From: Octopus sinensis
Lineage: Eukaryota
Direction of reading: 5' to 3'
NCBI RefSeq assembly: GCF_006345805.1
Contig: NC_043014.1
Span: forward strand, 45,880,001-45,944,000
DNA: 64,000 nt
Part shown: positions 12,079 to 24,445 of the stretch, one piece after another
Numbering within the stretch: position 1 is the stretch's first letter
Layout: the number at the start of each line of letters is the position of its first letter
The notes under the pieces: generated by a model
The model's input: the letters and a program-made list of their open reading frames with translations, nothing else
The model's database searches: none
Told to the model about the DNA's origin: nothing
Program-made: the position numbers and the translations under genes

Positions 12079-12085
<7 letters not shown>
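11001..12085 (+). repeat. Direct tandem duplication, ~733-bp period (unique block of ~350 bp present twice)
   Basis: 11001-11350 and 11734-12085 differ by about two substitutions and a T-run length. Confidence 0.9.
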
Positions 12086-12117
<32 letters not shown>

Positions 12118-12226
12118 TCGTATAGATGTATGTACATATACGTATGTATGTATATATATACACATATATATATATATTCGTATATATGTATGTACATATA
12201 CGTATGTATGTATGTTTGTATACATA

Positions 12227-12356
12227 CAGGGTGTCCCCAAAAAATGTATACACACCTTAAATAATTGTAAATTTGTTATTCTTTGTAAGCCTAGTACTTA
12301 TTCTATCGTTCTCTTTTGCCGAACCACTATGTGTATACATTTTTGGGGACACCCTG
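12227..12356. mobile_element. Tc1/mariner-type mini-MITE containing a SINE A fragment
   Basis: TA|CAGGGTGTCCCCAAAAAATGTATACAC..GTGTATACATTTTTGGGGACACCCTG|TA; interior 12277-12325 matches SINE A. Confidence 0.8.
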
Positions 12357-12384
12357 TATATATATAGACACACACATGTATGTA

Positions 12385-12515
12385 TGGGTACAGGATGTCA
12401 CCAACGGTGCAAATAACATGAAATACGTAAACAACGAAAATGGAAAACAGGACAAGTAAACAGAGAAAGGACCCTTCATCAGTTGTCGGCTGTCTATCTA
12501 CTCCTTATTTCGAAT
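12385..12515 (-). repeat. Dispersed short repeat ending at a TA/TG microsatellite
   Basis: Reverse complement is homologous to 11116-11295 and 11849-12028 (CGAAATA..GAGTAG..CAGCC.ACAACTGATGAAGGG..TTTTCCATTT). Confidence 0.6.
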
Positions 12516-12738
12516 ACACATATATACACACACACACATCATATGTGAATTATACACATACATATATGCGTATATCCGAGATATATGTAAAAGGCGATGC
12601 TCCAGCATGGCACGGGTTAAATGACTGAAACAAGAAAAGAGAAGTAAAAGAATATGTATACACTCGATACATACGCAATATATACGCAAATTACACACAC
12701 ACACGCAAATGTAGGTCTGTTAATGCCAGAAATGTGTA

Positions 12739-12786
<48 letters not shown>

Positions 12787-12849
12787 CACATGAGAGTGTA
12801 TAAATATATAATGTACTATGAAAACATGATACACACATACACATTTATA

Positions 12850-13032
12850 TTCTTTTAATTGTTTCAATCATTTGATTGCGGCCGTGCTGGAGTACCGCTT
12901 TTCAGTCGAACAAATCAACCCCTGGGCTTATTCTTTGTAAGCCTAGTGCTTATTCTATCGGTCTCTTTTTGCCGAACCGCTAAATTACGTGGACGTAAAC
13001 ACACCAGCATTGGTTGTCAAGCGACGGTGGGG
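12850..13032 (-). mobile_element. SINE family A, tail half
   Basis: Homology to family A. Confidence 0.8.
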
Positions 13033-13814
13033 GTGTATATATACACACACACGCGCGCATGGTTTGATTTACTGTCAGCTAACTTTTGCCCAACCCTGTG
13101 TGTGTGTGTGTGTGTGTGGTGTGTGTGTTTGTTGTTTACATTAACATATAGGATTGAAGAAGTACGCTGTAGTGTGTGTGTGTGTGTGTATAGTATACTG
13201 TATCATAACATACAACCCGGACATTTATTCAGATAACCAACTCGATACTCGTATCAGATCGGACACGATTTTCAGTGGTCAAGTTACTTCAATGCGTGTA
13301 TATACGTATACTTGCGTAGAAAGATTGTATTTTCATTTACGTGGCCAACAACCATATTTTGTGTACAACACAGACACACACCATAAATACACACAGACAC
13401 ATATTTAGAGAAATTTTCTTTTAATATATACACAGACACACACATAAACACACATGTAACCTGAAGTTGACGGGGTCATCAGTAATGGAAGCCATACGGT
13501 GTGTTTAGAAAAGTTACATGGGGTAAAAGTATTTCTAAAGCACGCCACTGGCAGACGATTTATTACAAATATAAACATAACTTTATTCCTAACCTATCCC
13601 TCTCTTTCATATATATTAGTATCCTACACACACACTCCCACATATATAAGAACACTATATGCGTGTGTGTAATAGAATATATAATTATATAACATTTACA
13701 AATACGACTTGACAGAAAATTCTTCTATGCAGTTCATATAATACATGTATGCTTATTCGTATGTAGCTCTCTCTCTCTCTCTCTCTCTATATATAGATAT
13801 ATATATATAATTGA

Positions 13815-14010
13815 GTTGCGACGTCACAGGTGCCAAGCTGTATCGACCTTTGTCTTTCCCTTGGATAACACTGGTGGCGTGGAGAGGGGGCTGGTATGCA
13901 TGGGCGACTGCTGGTCTTCCATAAAACAACCTTGCCCGGACTTGTGTCTAGGAGGGTAACTTTCTAGGTGCAATCCCATGGTCATTCATGACCGAAGGGG
14001 GTCTTTACAG
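13815..14010 (+). mobile_element. Probable SINE/LINE 3' fragment
   Basis: GC-richer island next to a microsatellite, resembling an octopus SINE tail from memory; only one copy in this window. Confidence 0.4.
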
Positions 14011-15981
14011 GGGTTATGAGTGTAACCCACTATGGGATATCATTTATCCAATATACTGCCAGTGAAGTGCCCAAAAGGCTAATAGATAAATGCTTACAAT
14101 TGCAATGCAATTAGTTCCTTTATTGTATTATATGGGCGAAGGTAAAATGCTTTACCTCAATAATAAATTATATGAATTGGTATTATCTGTAAGTTGATGA
14201 TTGAAAGGCATCTACTCCTTCATTTTCTTATTTTGTATCATATATATATATATATATTATATATATATATATATATAGTGTATCTTGTGTTTAGAAATAG
14301 ATGTACGACTGCTACTGTTAAGTTTAGATATCACGTAGATTATCGTAATCCAGTATGCTTCCAGTATGATGGTTAAGCAACTACTACGCTTACACGAATA
14401 ACTAGTTATGATACACAGAGCGATATAGGAAAAATTATAAGTTTATTACCATATTATTAATTCCTGCATGCGGTTCACCATTGTGGTTGTTCGGAACTCT
14501 GCATTTGATATTCTGAGTTCAATTGGATGCTTAACCACAACGGATCATCAGGGAACAATTTATTGTTCTATGCTATAGAGAACTATCTGTATGAATTAAA
14601 TACCAAAATAGCAGCAGAGGGTTGCCTGAGCTTGAGCCACTTTTGACCTCATTGCCTCCAGTGTCCACCAATTTCACTCACTTGATCAAATTGAAGCTGT
14701 CTCCCTCATGTTTTGGTGTCAGCAATGGTAGGGGGGCAAGCACAAATACTGATACATATATGACAGGTTTTGGTCGACCCAAGTCTAAAGAGGAGAGCAC
14801 TTGTCCAAAGTATCACACAGTGAGACTACCGGAACTATGTGGTTGGGAAAGAAATTTCTTACCACCACATGCTCAATTTACAGTGTCACGAACGTACAAA
14901 CCCATTTTGCTTTGTCAAAATTCTCTGATACAAAATAACTATTACTGTCTAAGTTTAGCTACACACACTACACACAAAAGAAACATACTTCCCGCTTTAT
15001 CGAACAATTGTCTGTTACATAAATTTTACATATAACTTATCAGTAAATTAAAAATACATGTTTGAACTGTTTCCTCTAAAAAGGACCAAGGAGCTTCTTA
15101 CATTTGTAGAAAGAATTCACTTATCGTTTTCAAAATGTTAAGGCGGTAACACTAACAACGACGTAGGAACCCCTGCGTGAACGCCCGGCTTGCTGGAAAT
15201 AGCAGCCAAAAACTTCTTAGAATCAACTGTCTTAAATAAGGAGATAACGTAGATAAATGTAGTTTTTCACACTCAAGAATCAAAGACAGGAACGTTAATG
15301 GCAAGAATGCTTTTGAGCATGAGTGTGCATTGCCCTATCAAGGTTGACCCGGGTTAAACAACAACAAAAACACGAGGGCGGAGCGGAAAGCTTCTACGTG
15401 GTTGGTCGATTTGCTCGAAATAGCAACTAATTCTCCCTCGAACCACAAGCTACTTTAGAACAGGTCTGTTCAATCGATCAGTGTTGACTCGAAGACTTTA
15501 GATACATGTTAATAATAATAAGAAAAAAAACTGTTACAAATTTCAATTTGCGATGATGGCTTAGAAAGCGTGCGTACACACACACAGCTATGCGTATTTC
15601 GGTATATATTAAATATACATCACACGCTAGATTTACTACGGCTTGGCGCGTAAGTTTTAAGCAATTTTTAAACGAAATACTTTAGAATATTCCACATACA
15701 TAATAAATACAACCAGAAGTTTAGATTTAGCATATGCACACACACACACAAACGCATGCGCGCACGCGTTTCTTTTTTAAGGAAATTAAGCGACCAGGTG
15801 TGCTAAGTGTAAAGATAAAAAATAAACCTCCGCTTCTAAAGTATGTTTTTATTCTGTAATAAGCTGTACACACACACTTTTCAATATCATCTTATTCAAG
15901 AGTCTGGAGTTTGAAATGCTCAGTAGATATATATATATATATATATATATGTATATTTCTCTCCTTGATTTTTCTGTGTCC

Positions 15982-16017
15982 CTTTCTGTAGAAGAGCGTA
16001 GGTTCGAAACGTAAAAG
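15982..16017 (+). ncRNA. Minimal hammerhead-like motif in a second Penelope-type tail (about 15955-16110)
   Basis: CUUU-CUGUAGA-A-GAGC(GUAG)GUUC-GAAA-CGUA-AAAG: stem I CUUU/AAAG, GUA cleavage triplet, A6U deviation. Confidence 0.5.
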
Positions 16018-16109
16018 ACCTTTTCTATTTCTGAGCGTTATACTAATACATCTGTTTGTTTTATTCACCACCTGTCTTCGTCTTTTATTTTTTTCGTAAA
16101 CTCTCCCTC

Positions 16110-16162
<53 letters not shown>

Positions 16163-16638
16163 TTATTTGCAAGATCCAATAGAATCGAGGTATTTTAATA
16201 TTTTAATAATAAGGACACCAAAGTAGAGTCAAACGGTTTATTTTTTACAAGATTTAATTGATTTGCTCATCAATAAAAAAAAGTTTGAAACAGCTGTAGC
16301 GAACCTCAGTCCATTTGCGTTATTATGTGTGTGTATTGATTTCACATTGACATAGCGATACTAGTAACCAGTTGTGAGAACTCAGACAACATTCCCTTTA
16401 GAATAAAGTGTCAAAGCACGATATCGATCCATTACACAAGAACAGAAATTACGTCATCACTTTTTATTATGTTCACAGCTGTTTCCGCCATAAGAAGCAA
16501 TACACTCGGAGTCAAAGGTATTACAGCTTGTCACGTGAGCGGTTACTTTTAAGTTCATTGCGTCTTAAAGCAGAAATAGGTGTAATAGGCTAATGAAAGC
16601 GATTTCGTAACTCCTTTTCTTTTGTCATTAATTAATTG

Positions 16639-16670
<32 letters not shown>

Positions 16671-16864
16671 CTCTTTTACTTGTTTCAGTCATTTGATTGC
16701 GGCCATGCTGGAGCACCACCTTTTAGTCGAGCAAATCGACCCCGGGACTTATTCTTTGTAAGCCCAGTACTTATTCAATCGGTCTCTTTTGCCGAACCGC
16801 TAAGTGACGGGGATGTAAACACACCAGCATCGGTTGTCAAGCAATGCTAGGGGGACAAACACAG

Positions 16865-16900
<36 letters not shown>

Positions 16901-17069
16901 ATACATATATACGACGGGCTTCTTTCAGTTTCCGTCTACCAATCCACTCACAAGGCATTGGTCGGCCCGGGGCTATAGCAGAAGACACTTGCCCAAGATG
17001 CCACGCAGTGGACTGAACCCGGAACCATGTGGTTGGTTAGCAAGCTATTACCACACAGCCACTCCTGCG

Positions 17070-17072
<3 letters not shown>
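16671..17072 (-). mobile_element. SINE family A, full length
   Basis: Complete head, internal (TA)n and tail, inserted in (TA)n. Confidence 0.92.
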
Positions 17073-17117
<45 letters not shown>

Positions 17118-17359
17118 TTATTTATTAATTCGTTCTATGTAAATACATTAATACGTTGTGAAGGACAAATTTGCTGCAGTATTCGTCCGCAGATAATAAC
17201 TCTTGTGGACAATATTATCTCCAGATAAATACCGCAGTAAATTTGCGCTTCACACCGTATATATTTACTTTCAGTATGATGCCACAGATGACCATTTTAA
17301 TCAAAAGGTTCTGCTGCATAACACCTATATATATATATATTATATATATATATATATAG

Positions 17360-17390
<31 letters not shown>

Positions 17391-17535
17391 GGGAACGCTG
17401 CCGTTGTTCTCTTTTAGAGAGACTTAGTAATTTTAATATTTCTATTATATATTCATCCGTTTACTGTTAACTATGAGAATAATGAGTACCAGATATTATT
17501 ATAATTTACTTTTGTCGTGTCTATCTCACTGCTAC

Positions 17536-17591
17536 TCTGAGTTTCACCAGTAGGTGCACAAGACCCTGTGCATCTACCGGTGAAACTCAGA
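17536..17591. ncRNA. Isolated 56-nt hairpin, pre-miRNA-like candidate
   Basis: TCTGAGTTTCACCAGTAGGTGCACA-AGACCC-TGTGCATCTACCGGTGAAACTCAGA: 25-bp stem with one mismatch and one G.U pair. Confidence 0.35.
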
Positions 17592-18533
17592 AACCGGATT
17601 GACCCCACCCCTATATACATATATATCGTTAAAGGCGCGAAATTGCTGAGACCCTTTGGTTGATAACTGATAAGGATTTGGCGACCTTCTGTGTCTGTTT
17701 TCCGTTTGCTAATGCTTATACATACATATATACATATATACATATACATATACATACATACATAAATCATAACCGGTTCAGTGGCTCTACCCAAAGAATC
17801 TGGTGTGTGCATGCATGTATATATGTATGAATGCGTGCAAAACAAGTGCATTGTGTCAGAGCTATTTCAACCACTCGAAAGCGCAGAAACCGTTAATTCA
17901 TATTTATTTCCTGGTGTTTCGAAATATTTTTTATCCCACAATAACTTGGCCGTTGAGACATTAACAAACAGACAGTAAATGTAACAAGTTTAGTGTCTCT
18001 TAATAATGAAAATGACTCTACCGTAATGTAATTACATGTCTTTTTTTGTTTTCCAGTTTCAACCCACGGTCTCAGACACCAAGTCACTTGTCAGACAAGT
18101 ACAACTATATATATATTATATATATATATATATATAAATTCAGGGTGAATACTTGATAAATGTAAGCACCTGTATATGCTAGCTAGTAGAATAGGTGAGA
18201 AGTATTTCATTTGATACATATATTTTTTTTCATTTGATATATATATATTATATACACGCACACATGTATGTACACATATACACATTTAGCACAGGTACTC
18301 AGATTAAGTCACTTGCTAAACATGTACAATTCCGATGTACATGTGTGTGTGTGTGTATATATATCGATGTGTGTGTATATATATATATCGATGTGGTGTG
18401 TGTCTTTGTGTTTGTCCTCCACCACCGTTTGACAAACGGTGTTGGTGTGTTTACGTTCGTTCCTGTAGCTTAGCACTTCGGAAAAAGATCGTTAGAATAA
18501 TTCATGGGCTTTTAAAAAATACAACGTACTGAG

Positions 18534-18780
18534 GTCGATTTTTTCGACAAGGGTTCTTCAAGGCGGTGCCCCAGCATGACCGCCGTGTGATAACTGAAAC
18601 CAGTAAAAGACACGTGGTGCCCCAGCATGGCCACAGCTTTAGGGCTGAAATCGATTTGTTCGACAAGGGTTCTTCAAGGCGATGCCCCAGCATGACCGCC
18701 GTGTAATAACTGAAACCAGTAAAAGACACGTGGTGCTCCAGCATGGCCACAGCCTTAGGGCTGAAACGTATAAAAGAATA
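18534..18780 (+). repeat. Two ~117-bp tandem units built from doubled SINE A tails
   Basis: TCGATTT.TTCGACAAGGGTTCTTCAAGGCG..GTGCCCCAGCATG.. occurs twice. Confidence 0.8.
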
Positions 18781-19170
18781 TATATAAGTTACGGGAACGA
18801 AAACACACCACCACCGGTTGTCAAGCAAAGACACACATGGTATTTGAAACACCACATGTGATTAAGAGGAAAATCCACAAGGCTTTGGTCGGCCCGAGGC
18901 TATAGTAGAAGACACTTGGTCAAGGTGGCATGCAGTGGGACTGAACTCCGAACAAAGCTATGTTTGAGAAGCAGGCTTCTTACCACGCAGCCATGCCTAA
19001 CGGGTACTATCAGTTGCTCGATATGCACATTAGAGAGACGAAACATGTGCGTGTAATGTATACATTAAATATATATGCACATATTCTGGAATAATTAACA
19101 CTACACAAAGCCACCGGTTGCCAAGGGTGGGCCTTTGTGACATTTCCTGTTCGTTCAAACACACATATCA

Positions 19171-19171
<1 letters not shown>

Positions 19172-19213
<42 letters not shown>

Positions 19214-19547
19214 TATAATGTATAATAATAATGATAATAATAATAATTATAATAATAATAAAATACTAATAATAATAATAATAATAATAAAAATAATAAT
19301 AATAATATAATAATAATAATAATAATAATAGTAATAATAATAGTAATGATAATATAATAATAATAATTTTTGGGTGTACCCTTATCAACGGGTAGTCATG
19401 ATGGGTATATTGGGCTTCGTATATTTTACCCCAGTGTCACTTTGATGGCATGAACTGCTCTCTCACTCAATAATAATAATAATAATTAATACTAATAATA
19501 ATAATAATCATAATAATAGTAATAGAATAATAGTAATAATAGTAATA

Positions 19548-19582
<35 letters not shown>

Positions 19583-19603
19583 GTAATAATAATAATAGTA
19601 ATA

Positions 19604-19646
<43 letters not shown>

Positions 19647-19655
19647 TAATATGCA
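19172..19655. repeat. Long (AAT)n array with an embedded retroposon tail (19366-19470)
   Basis: Directly visible; the tail is homologous to 8185-8295. Confidence 0.85.
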
Positions 19656-20069
19656 TTATCGATCGTAATACAATGGCAATAAGTCTTTCTCCCACACCCT
19701 CGCCTATTATTCACCAGTTACATTATGTTTAATTAATTGAACTTTTAATTAATTGCTGAGCAATGTTAAATGAAATAGTGTTTTCTTTTTTTACCTTTTG
19801 TATTTGTTTTGGGTTGGGTTGCTTTTTCTTTTTTCCCCTGTCAGTGAATATTATTAGGAAAGGTGTTTATGTTCAAGTGAACTTTCATTGATATTTAAAT
19901 AACAAGGCCTCAACACAAATAACGGGAAAAACAAGAGACTTTACTTCAAACGTGTGCGCGCACTCTCAGTGACATGACAGCCTCTATGTAGTAGCTTGGC
20001 GTTGCTAGACATAGCAGCCAGAGGTTCTCAAATCATACTCAGACGTCTTAAAAATAAGAAGGAAGGATA

Positions 20070-20468
20070 TCTTTATATATAAAAGTGAAGTTGTGTGTCT
20101 GTCTCCTACGATTTAGATTCCTAACTACTCCCACATTTTGCGGTGCAGTTTAACCAAAACCGGGTATCTTATAGTCGTCATTCATATCGAGCCCTTCTGG
20201 GTATTAGCGCGCGTCTACAATGAGTCTACGATTTAAAAAATAATTTACCATAATTTCTTTCCATTTTAATGCATATTTTTTTCGCTATTATATAAGGGAA
20301 GTAACTCTCTAAAAATGTCTACGATGAGTCAACGATTTAAAAAAAATTTACCATAATTTTTTTTCCATTTTTAATGCATTTTTTTGCTATTTTTTGGGCT
20401 ATAACTCTAAAAATGCTTATATAGTTATTTCCCTTACAAACCCGAGCAACGCCGGGCGATACTGCTAG
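20070..20468 (+). mobile_element. Non-autonomous Helitron
   Basis: A|TC 5' end, 3' hairpin CCCGAGCAACGCCGGG followed by CTAG|T, no TSD, internal direct repeat. Confidence 0.85.
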
Positions 20469-20481
20469 TATATATATATAT

Positions 20482-20692
20482 CACTTGATCACTTGACCGA
20501 CCAGTCCGTCAGGCGTCCATTTGACACCGCTGGTCACAGCACGCTGTCCACTCCTCTCTGGATCGCGCCTTTCTCATCCACGTGGTCCCAATCGTCCTCC
20601 TGAAATCGTAACTCCACCGTCGTGGAGGTCTTCTGGGTGGTCTTTTCCGCTCGCGCGGGTACCACTCGACAACTGCGTGGGTCCACCGATTA
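20482..20692 (-). pseudogene. RTE-clade LINE 3' end (5'-truncated)
   Basis: NRWTHAVVEWYPRERKRPPRRPPRRWSYDFRRTIGTTWMRKARSREEW..DA* (stop at 20509-20511), typical of the RTE ORF C-terminus; tail repeat TCAAGTGA; flanked by (TA)n. Confidence 0.85.
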
Positions 20693-20729
20693 TGGTATAT
20701 ATATATATATAATATATAATATTATATAG

Positions 20730-20771
<42 letters not shown>

Positions 20772-20834
20772 TATATATATATATATAGTTACTACATCTA
20801 GAATGTAGTTCTAGATATCTTTCATCTCTTACAA

Positions 20835-21160
20835 TGCGGCCATGCTGGAGTAACCCATTGAAAAGTTTGGTCCCAGTAGGTTTTTTTTAATAAGTCTGGT
20901 ATTTATTCTAACTCTTTTGCCGAACCGCTAAGTTACAAGGACGTAAACAAACCAACACCAGTTATCAAGTGATGGAGAGGTACAAACACCACACACACAC
21001 GACGGGCTCTCATGCAGTATCCGTCTACCAAATACACTCACAAGGTTTTGGTCGGCCCAGGGTTGTAACAGAAAACACTTGTCCAAGGTATCAGGCAATG
21101 GGACTGACTGAACCCGGAACCGTGTGGTTGGGAAGCAAGTTCCATGTCACACAGCCACGC
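20835..21160 (-). mobile_element. SINE family A, degenerate
   Basis: Homology to family A. Confidence 0.7.
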
Positions 21161-21194
21161 TTGAGCATATACACCCGAAAAATCGGGACGATCG

Positions 21195-21647
21195 TAGATG
21201 AAAGTCGACCTCGGCGGAATTTGAACTCAGAACGTAGCGGCAAACGAAATACCTATTTCTTTACTACCCACAAGGGGCTAAACACAGAGGAGACAAACAA
21301 GGACAGACAAACGGATTAAGTCAATTATATCGACCCCAGTGCGTAACTGGTACTTATTTAATCGACCCCGAAAGGATGAAAGTCAAAGTCGACCTCGGTG
21401 GAATTTGAACTCAAAACGTAAGAAATGCCTATTTCTTTACTACCCACAAGGGGCTAAACAAGGACAGACAAACGGATTAAGTCGATTATATCGACCCCAG
21501 TGCGTAACTGGTACTTAATTTATCGACCCCGAAGGGATGAAAGGCAAAATCGACCTCGGCGGAATTTGAACTCAGAACGTAACGGCAGACGAAATACGGC
21601 TACGCATTCCGCCTGGTGTGCTAACGATTCTGCCAGCTCGCCGCCTT
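21195..21647 (-). mobile_element. SINE family B tandem multimer (about 2.4 units, one head)
   Basis: Head AGGCGGCGAGCTGGCAGAATCG..GAGTTCAAATTCC (A/B-box-like) occurs once; the body to ..GTAGTAAAGAAATAGG is repeated. Confidence 0.88.
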
Positions 21648-22100
21648 GCATGGAGTGAAATAATGCAAGAGCCAAGAGCTCCCTCTCTCTCCCCCTCTCA
21701 AGCACTCGCGCGCGCGCACGCACACACAAAGAGAAACAATGAACACGAAATGCTTGCACGCGATTGAGCGCACGACATAGATTTTATTTATTTATTTATT
21801 TATTTATCCCAATGAGCCGGCAATGACATCACGCAAACAAAGACCTGGCAAGACGTAGCAGTCAAATCCCATTGGAATCGCCACCACATTGTCTTAAATA
21901 GGAAGAGATACGCTGGATAATGTAGTCCTACGTACACCGCGACTGAGAAAAATCGGTGAGATCATGCTTGAAATAGCTTTGAATCTAAGTTTACTGCATC
22001 AAGCAGACGAAGAGAACAACAAGAACACAACACACACACAACATATATATATATATATATATAATATATATATATATTATATATATATTATATATATATA

Positions 22101-22146
<46 letters not shown>

Positions 22147-22148
<2 letters not shown>

Positions 22149-22349
22149 TAACATAAGGGGGATCAGCCATCTGAATGTGGCTAGGGTCAGGGCGGGGTGG
22201 TGTACTGATGCATTTAGCCCAGGCGAACATCAACGTCACCAGAAGGGCTGACACCATCTCGTTCGCCTGGGGCTAAATGCATCAGTAACAACCCCCCACC
22301 CCGCCCTGACCATAGCCACATTCAGATGGCTGATCCCCCTTATGTTATA
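22147..22349. mobile_element. Palindromic MITE with ~85-bp arms, inserted at (TA)n
   Basis: TATAACATAAGGGGGATCAGCCATCTGAATGTGGC..GGCGAAC and its near-perfect inverse; 32-nt loop. Confidence 0.8.
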
Positions 22350-22389
22350 GAGCAGTTACTGTTTATATCTCGCTCAGAGATTATTATTG

Positions 22390-22424
<35 letters not shown>

Positions 22425-22439
22425 GTAATGTAAAAAAAA

Positions 22440-22565
22440 TACAAACTGGGACAAGAACGTAAAACATTTAGAAGACGATACAAAAAACGACGGATGGGAC
22501 ATTCGAAGCCTTCAATCTTCAGTCAAGAACCGGATCATCTTCGCAATTTCGGCTGATTAATCTTG
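22440..22565 (-). repeat. Short tail family P1 (Penelope-like?) abutting (TA)n
   Basis: GCCGAAATTGCGA.GAT.ATCCGGTTCTTGACTGA.GA..GGCTTCGAATG; copies also at 37065-37225, 37907-38020 and 52625-52785. Confidence 0.6.
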
Positions 22566-22577
22566 AGATATTATATA

Positions 22578-22619
<42 letters not shown>

Positions 22620-23694
22620 TATATATATAATCTTCTTCTCTCTCTCCCTTTTCTTCCTTCCCTTCTTTTCTTTAACACTTTCCTTCAGATACAAAAACAC
22701 ACACATGCGCACACACACACACATGCTCTCTCTCTCTCTCTCACTTTCTCCCCATCCATCACCCTCTTGTACTATCTTATATCCCTCGCCACCACTACAC
22801 ACTCAATAACACTATAAAATGGTCAAAATTTTTCCACAGGAACTTGGTTCAATTTGAAAAATCCACCAGAATGGACGCAATTTGAAAAATCCACCAGAAT
22901 GGACGTAAGCGCTAATTTATGATATAAGTTATATGATGTATAAAAACATGTAATATACAAATAAATATCTGTAAATATAAAACCATCCGAATTTCTGAGT
23001 ACCTCATTTCTTCTAATATAAAATACCTGTACATCATCTCCAAACCTTCTAACATATATATATATGCGCGCGCACAAACATTCACTAACCGAGATTTCCT
23101 CATTTATATGCAAGATAACGACCTGCTCAAAATAGCATCAAACCTCCCTCAAATAGCACCGTAGCTGGCTTAAGCATATCAGATGATAAAGTCTCTGATA
23201 TACAACTAGGCGGGATGGTCTCAACAGGAACGCCCATGATCATAAGTCTGCTGAATCAGGGCTATTTACACAATATTCGAATACTTAGACACTGATACAC
23301 ACACACAGAGTCTACTTCGCTCACAGACATTTTCGCAATTAGATATTAATTTTACACCTTACACTTTTATAAACTCGGTTAATTTTATTTAACCAAGTTT
23401 AATTTAATTCGTTAATTAGTTTTATCAAGTTAATAAGCAAAACAAAACAGAAACCATTACATTGTTTAATAAGAAATCAACCAAGTCCCTCTAACAATAT
23501 GATGCTATTGAAACCACATCAAGATCAGCCGATCGCTCGACAGCTGAGAAATAGAAATAAAATCTTTCTTCAATGTCTTGTCTGAATTTATTTTTAAATG
23601 ACTAGATGAGCATAGAATGTCATTTGATTATAGGTATGCCCGAAGATGATGACTTAACGCCAAATAAACCACCTCACCACCATCATCGCTGTCA

Positions 23695-24055
23695 AGTGGA
23701 GGCGCAATGGCCCAATGGTTAGAGCAGCGGACTCGCGGTTTCGATTCCCAGACTTGGCGTTGTGTGTGTTTATTGAGCGAAAACACCTAAAGTTCCACGA
23801 AGCTCCGGCAGGGGCTGATGGCAACTCCTGTTGTACTCTTTCGTTCCAACTTTCTCTCATTCTTTCTTCCTGTTTCTTGTCCCCGACTTCCTACGCAACC
23901 GCTGAGCCTGGATGCGCATTCATCCATCCGTCGATGCTCTCGGTGTCGGTGGGGTTGACCTGCTTTCTCTTCTGCGGGTCTTACGAATAATAGCAAAGGA
24001 CCACGTTTCGGACTTCTCCCAATAATGGGACGAAGACCGCTTCGCTCAACAAACA
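23695..24055 (+). mobile_element. SINE family C, full length, alternative 3' half
   Basis: 13-bp TSD ATCATCGCTGTCA (23682-23694 and 24056-24068); tRNA-like head as at 63864; ends in CAACAAACA. Confidence 0.88.
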
Positions 24056-24445
24056 ATCATCGCTGTCAGACGATTTCCGTTTGAGACGATTTAATAAGAT
24101 TCATAGATTTCCATCGCTTTCTTTCTCAGCTTTCTAAACGCTGTTTAGTGCCAGGTAAAGCCTGAACGAGTTAATCTATGATCAAAAGCGTTCAAGCTGT
24201 GACAATTATTTTTACTTCTGAAGCCATTTTTTTTAAGACATGGCGCATTTAGCGACGACTTTATCAAATGTCTTCGTCCACCTTTTATGTCTAAGACAGT
24301 ACGGTGTCGCTTAAGGGAGACTTGACTGGTTTTTAATATTGTTTAACGCTAAGGTCGGTCTTTATCGAACAACCTACTATAAGAAGAGATATTCCGGCCA
24401 CGACTATCCCATCTTTTCCTTTCCAATATCATATACCTAATAATT

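Noticed and set aside
9131-12367. Many long YI/CV/HT-rich ORFs, here and at 30343-31296, 42762-43612 and 55507-56025
   Set aside because: Dinucleotide microsatellites lack stop codons in most frames.
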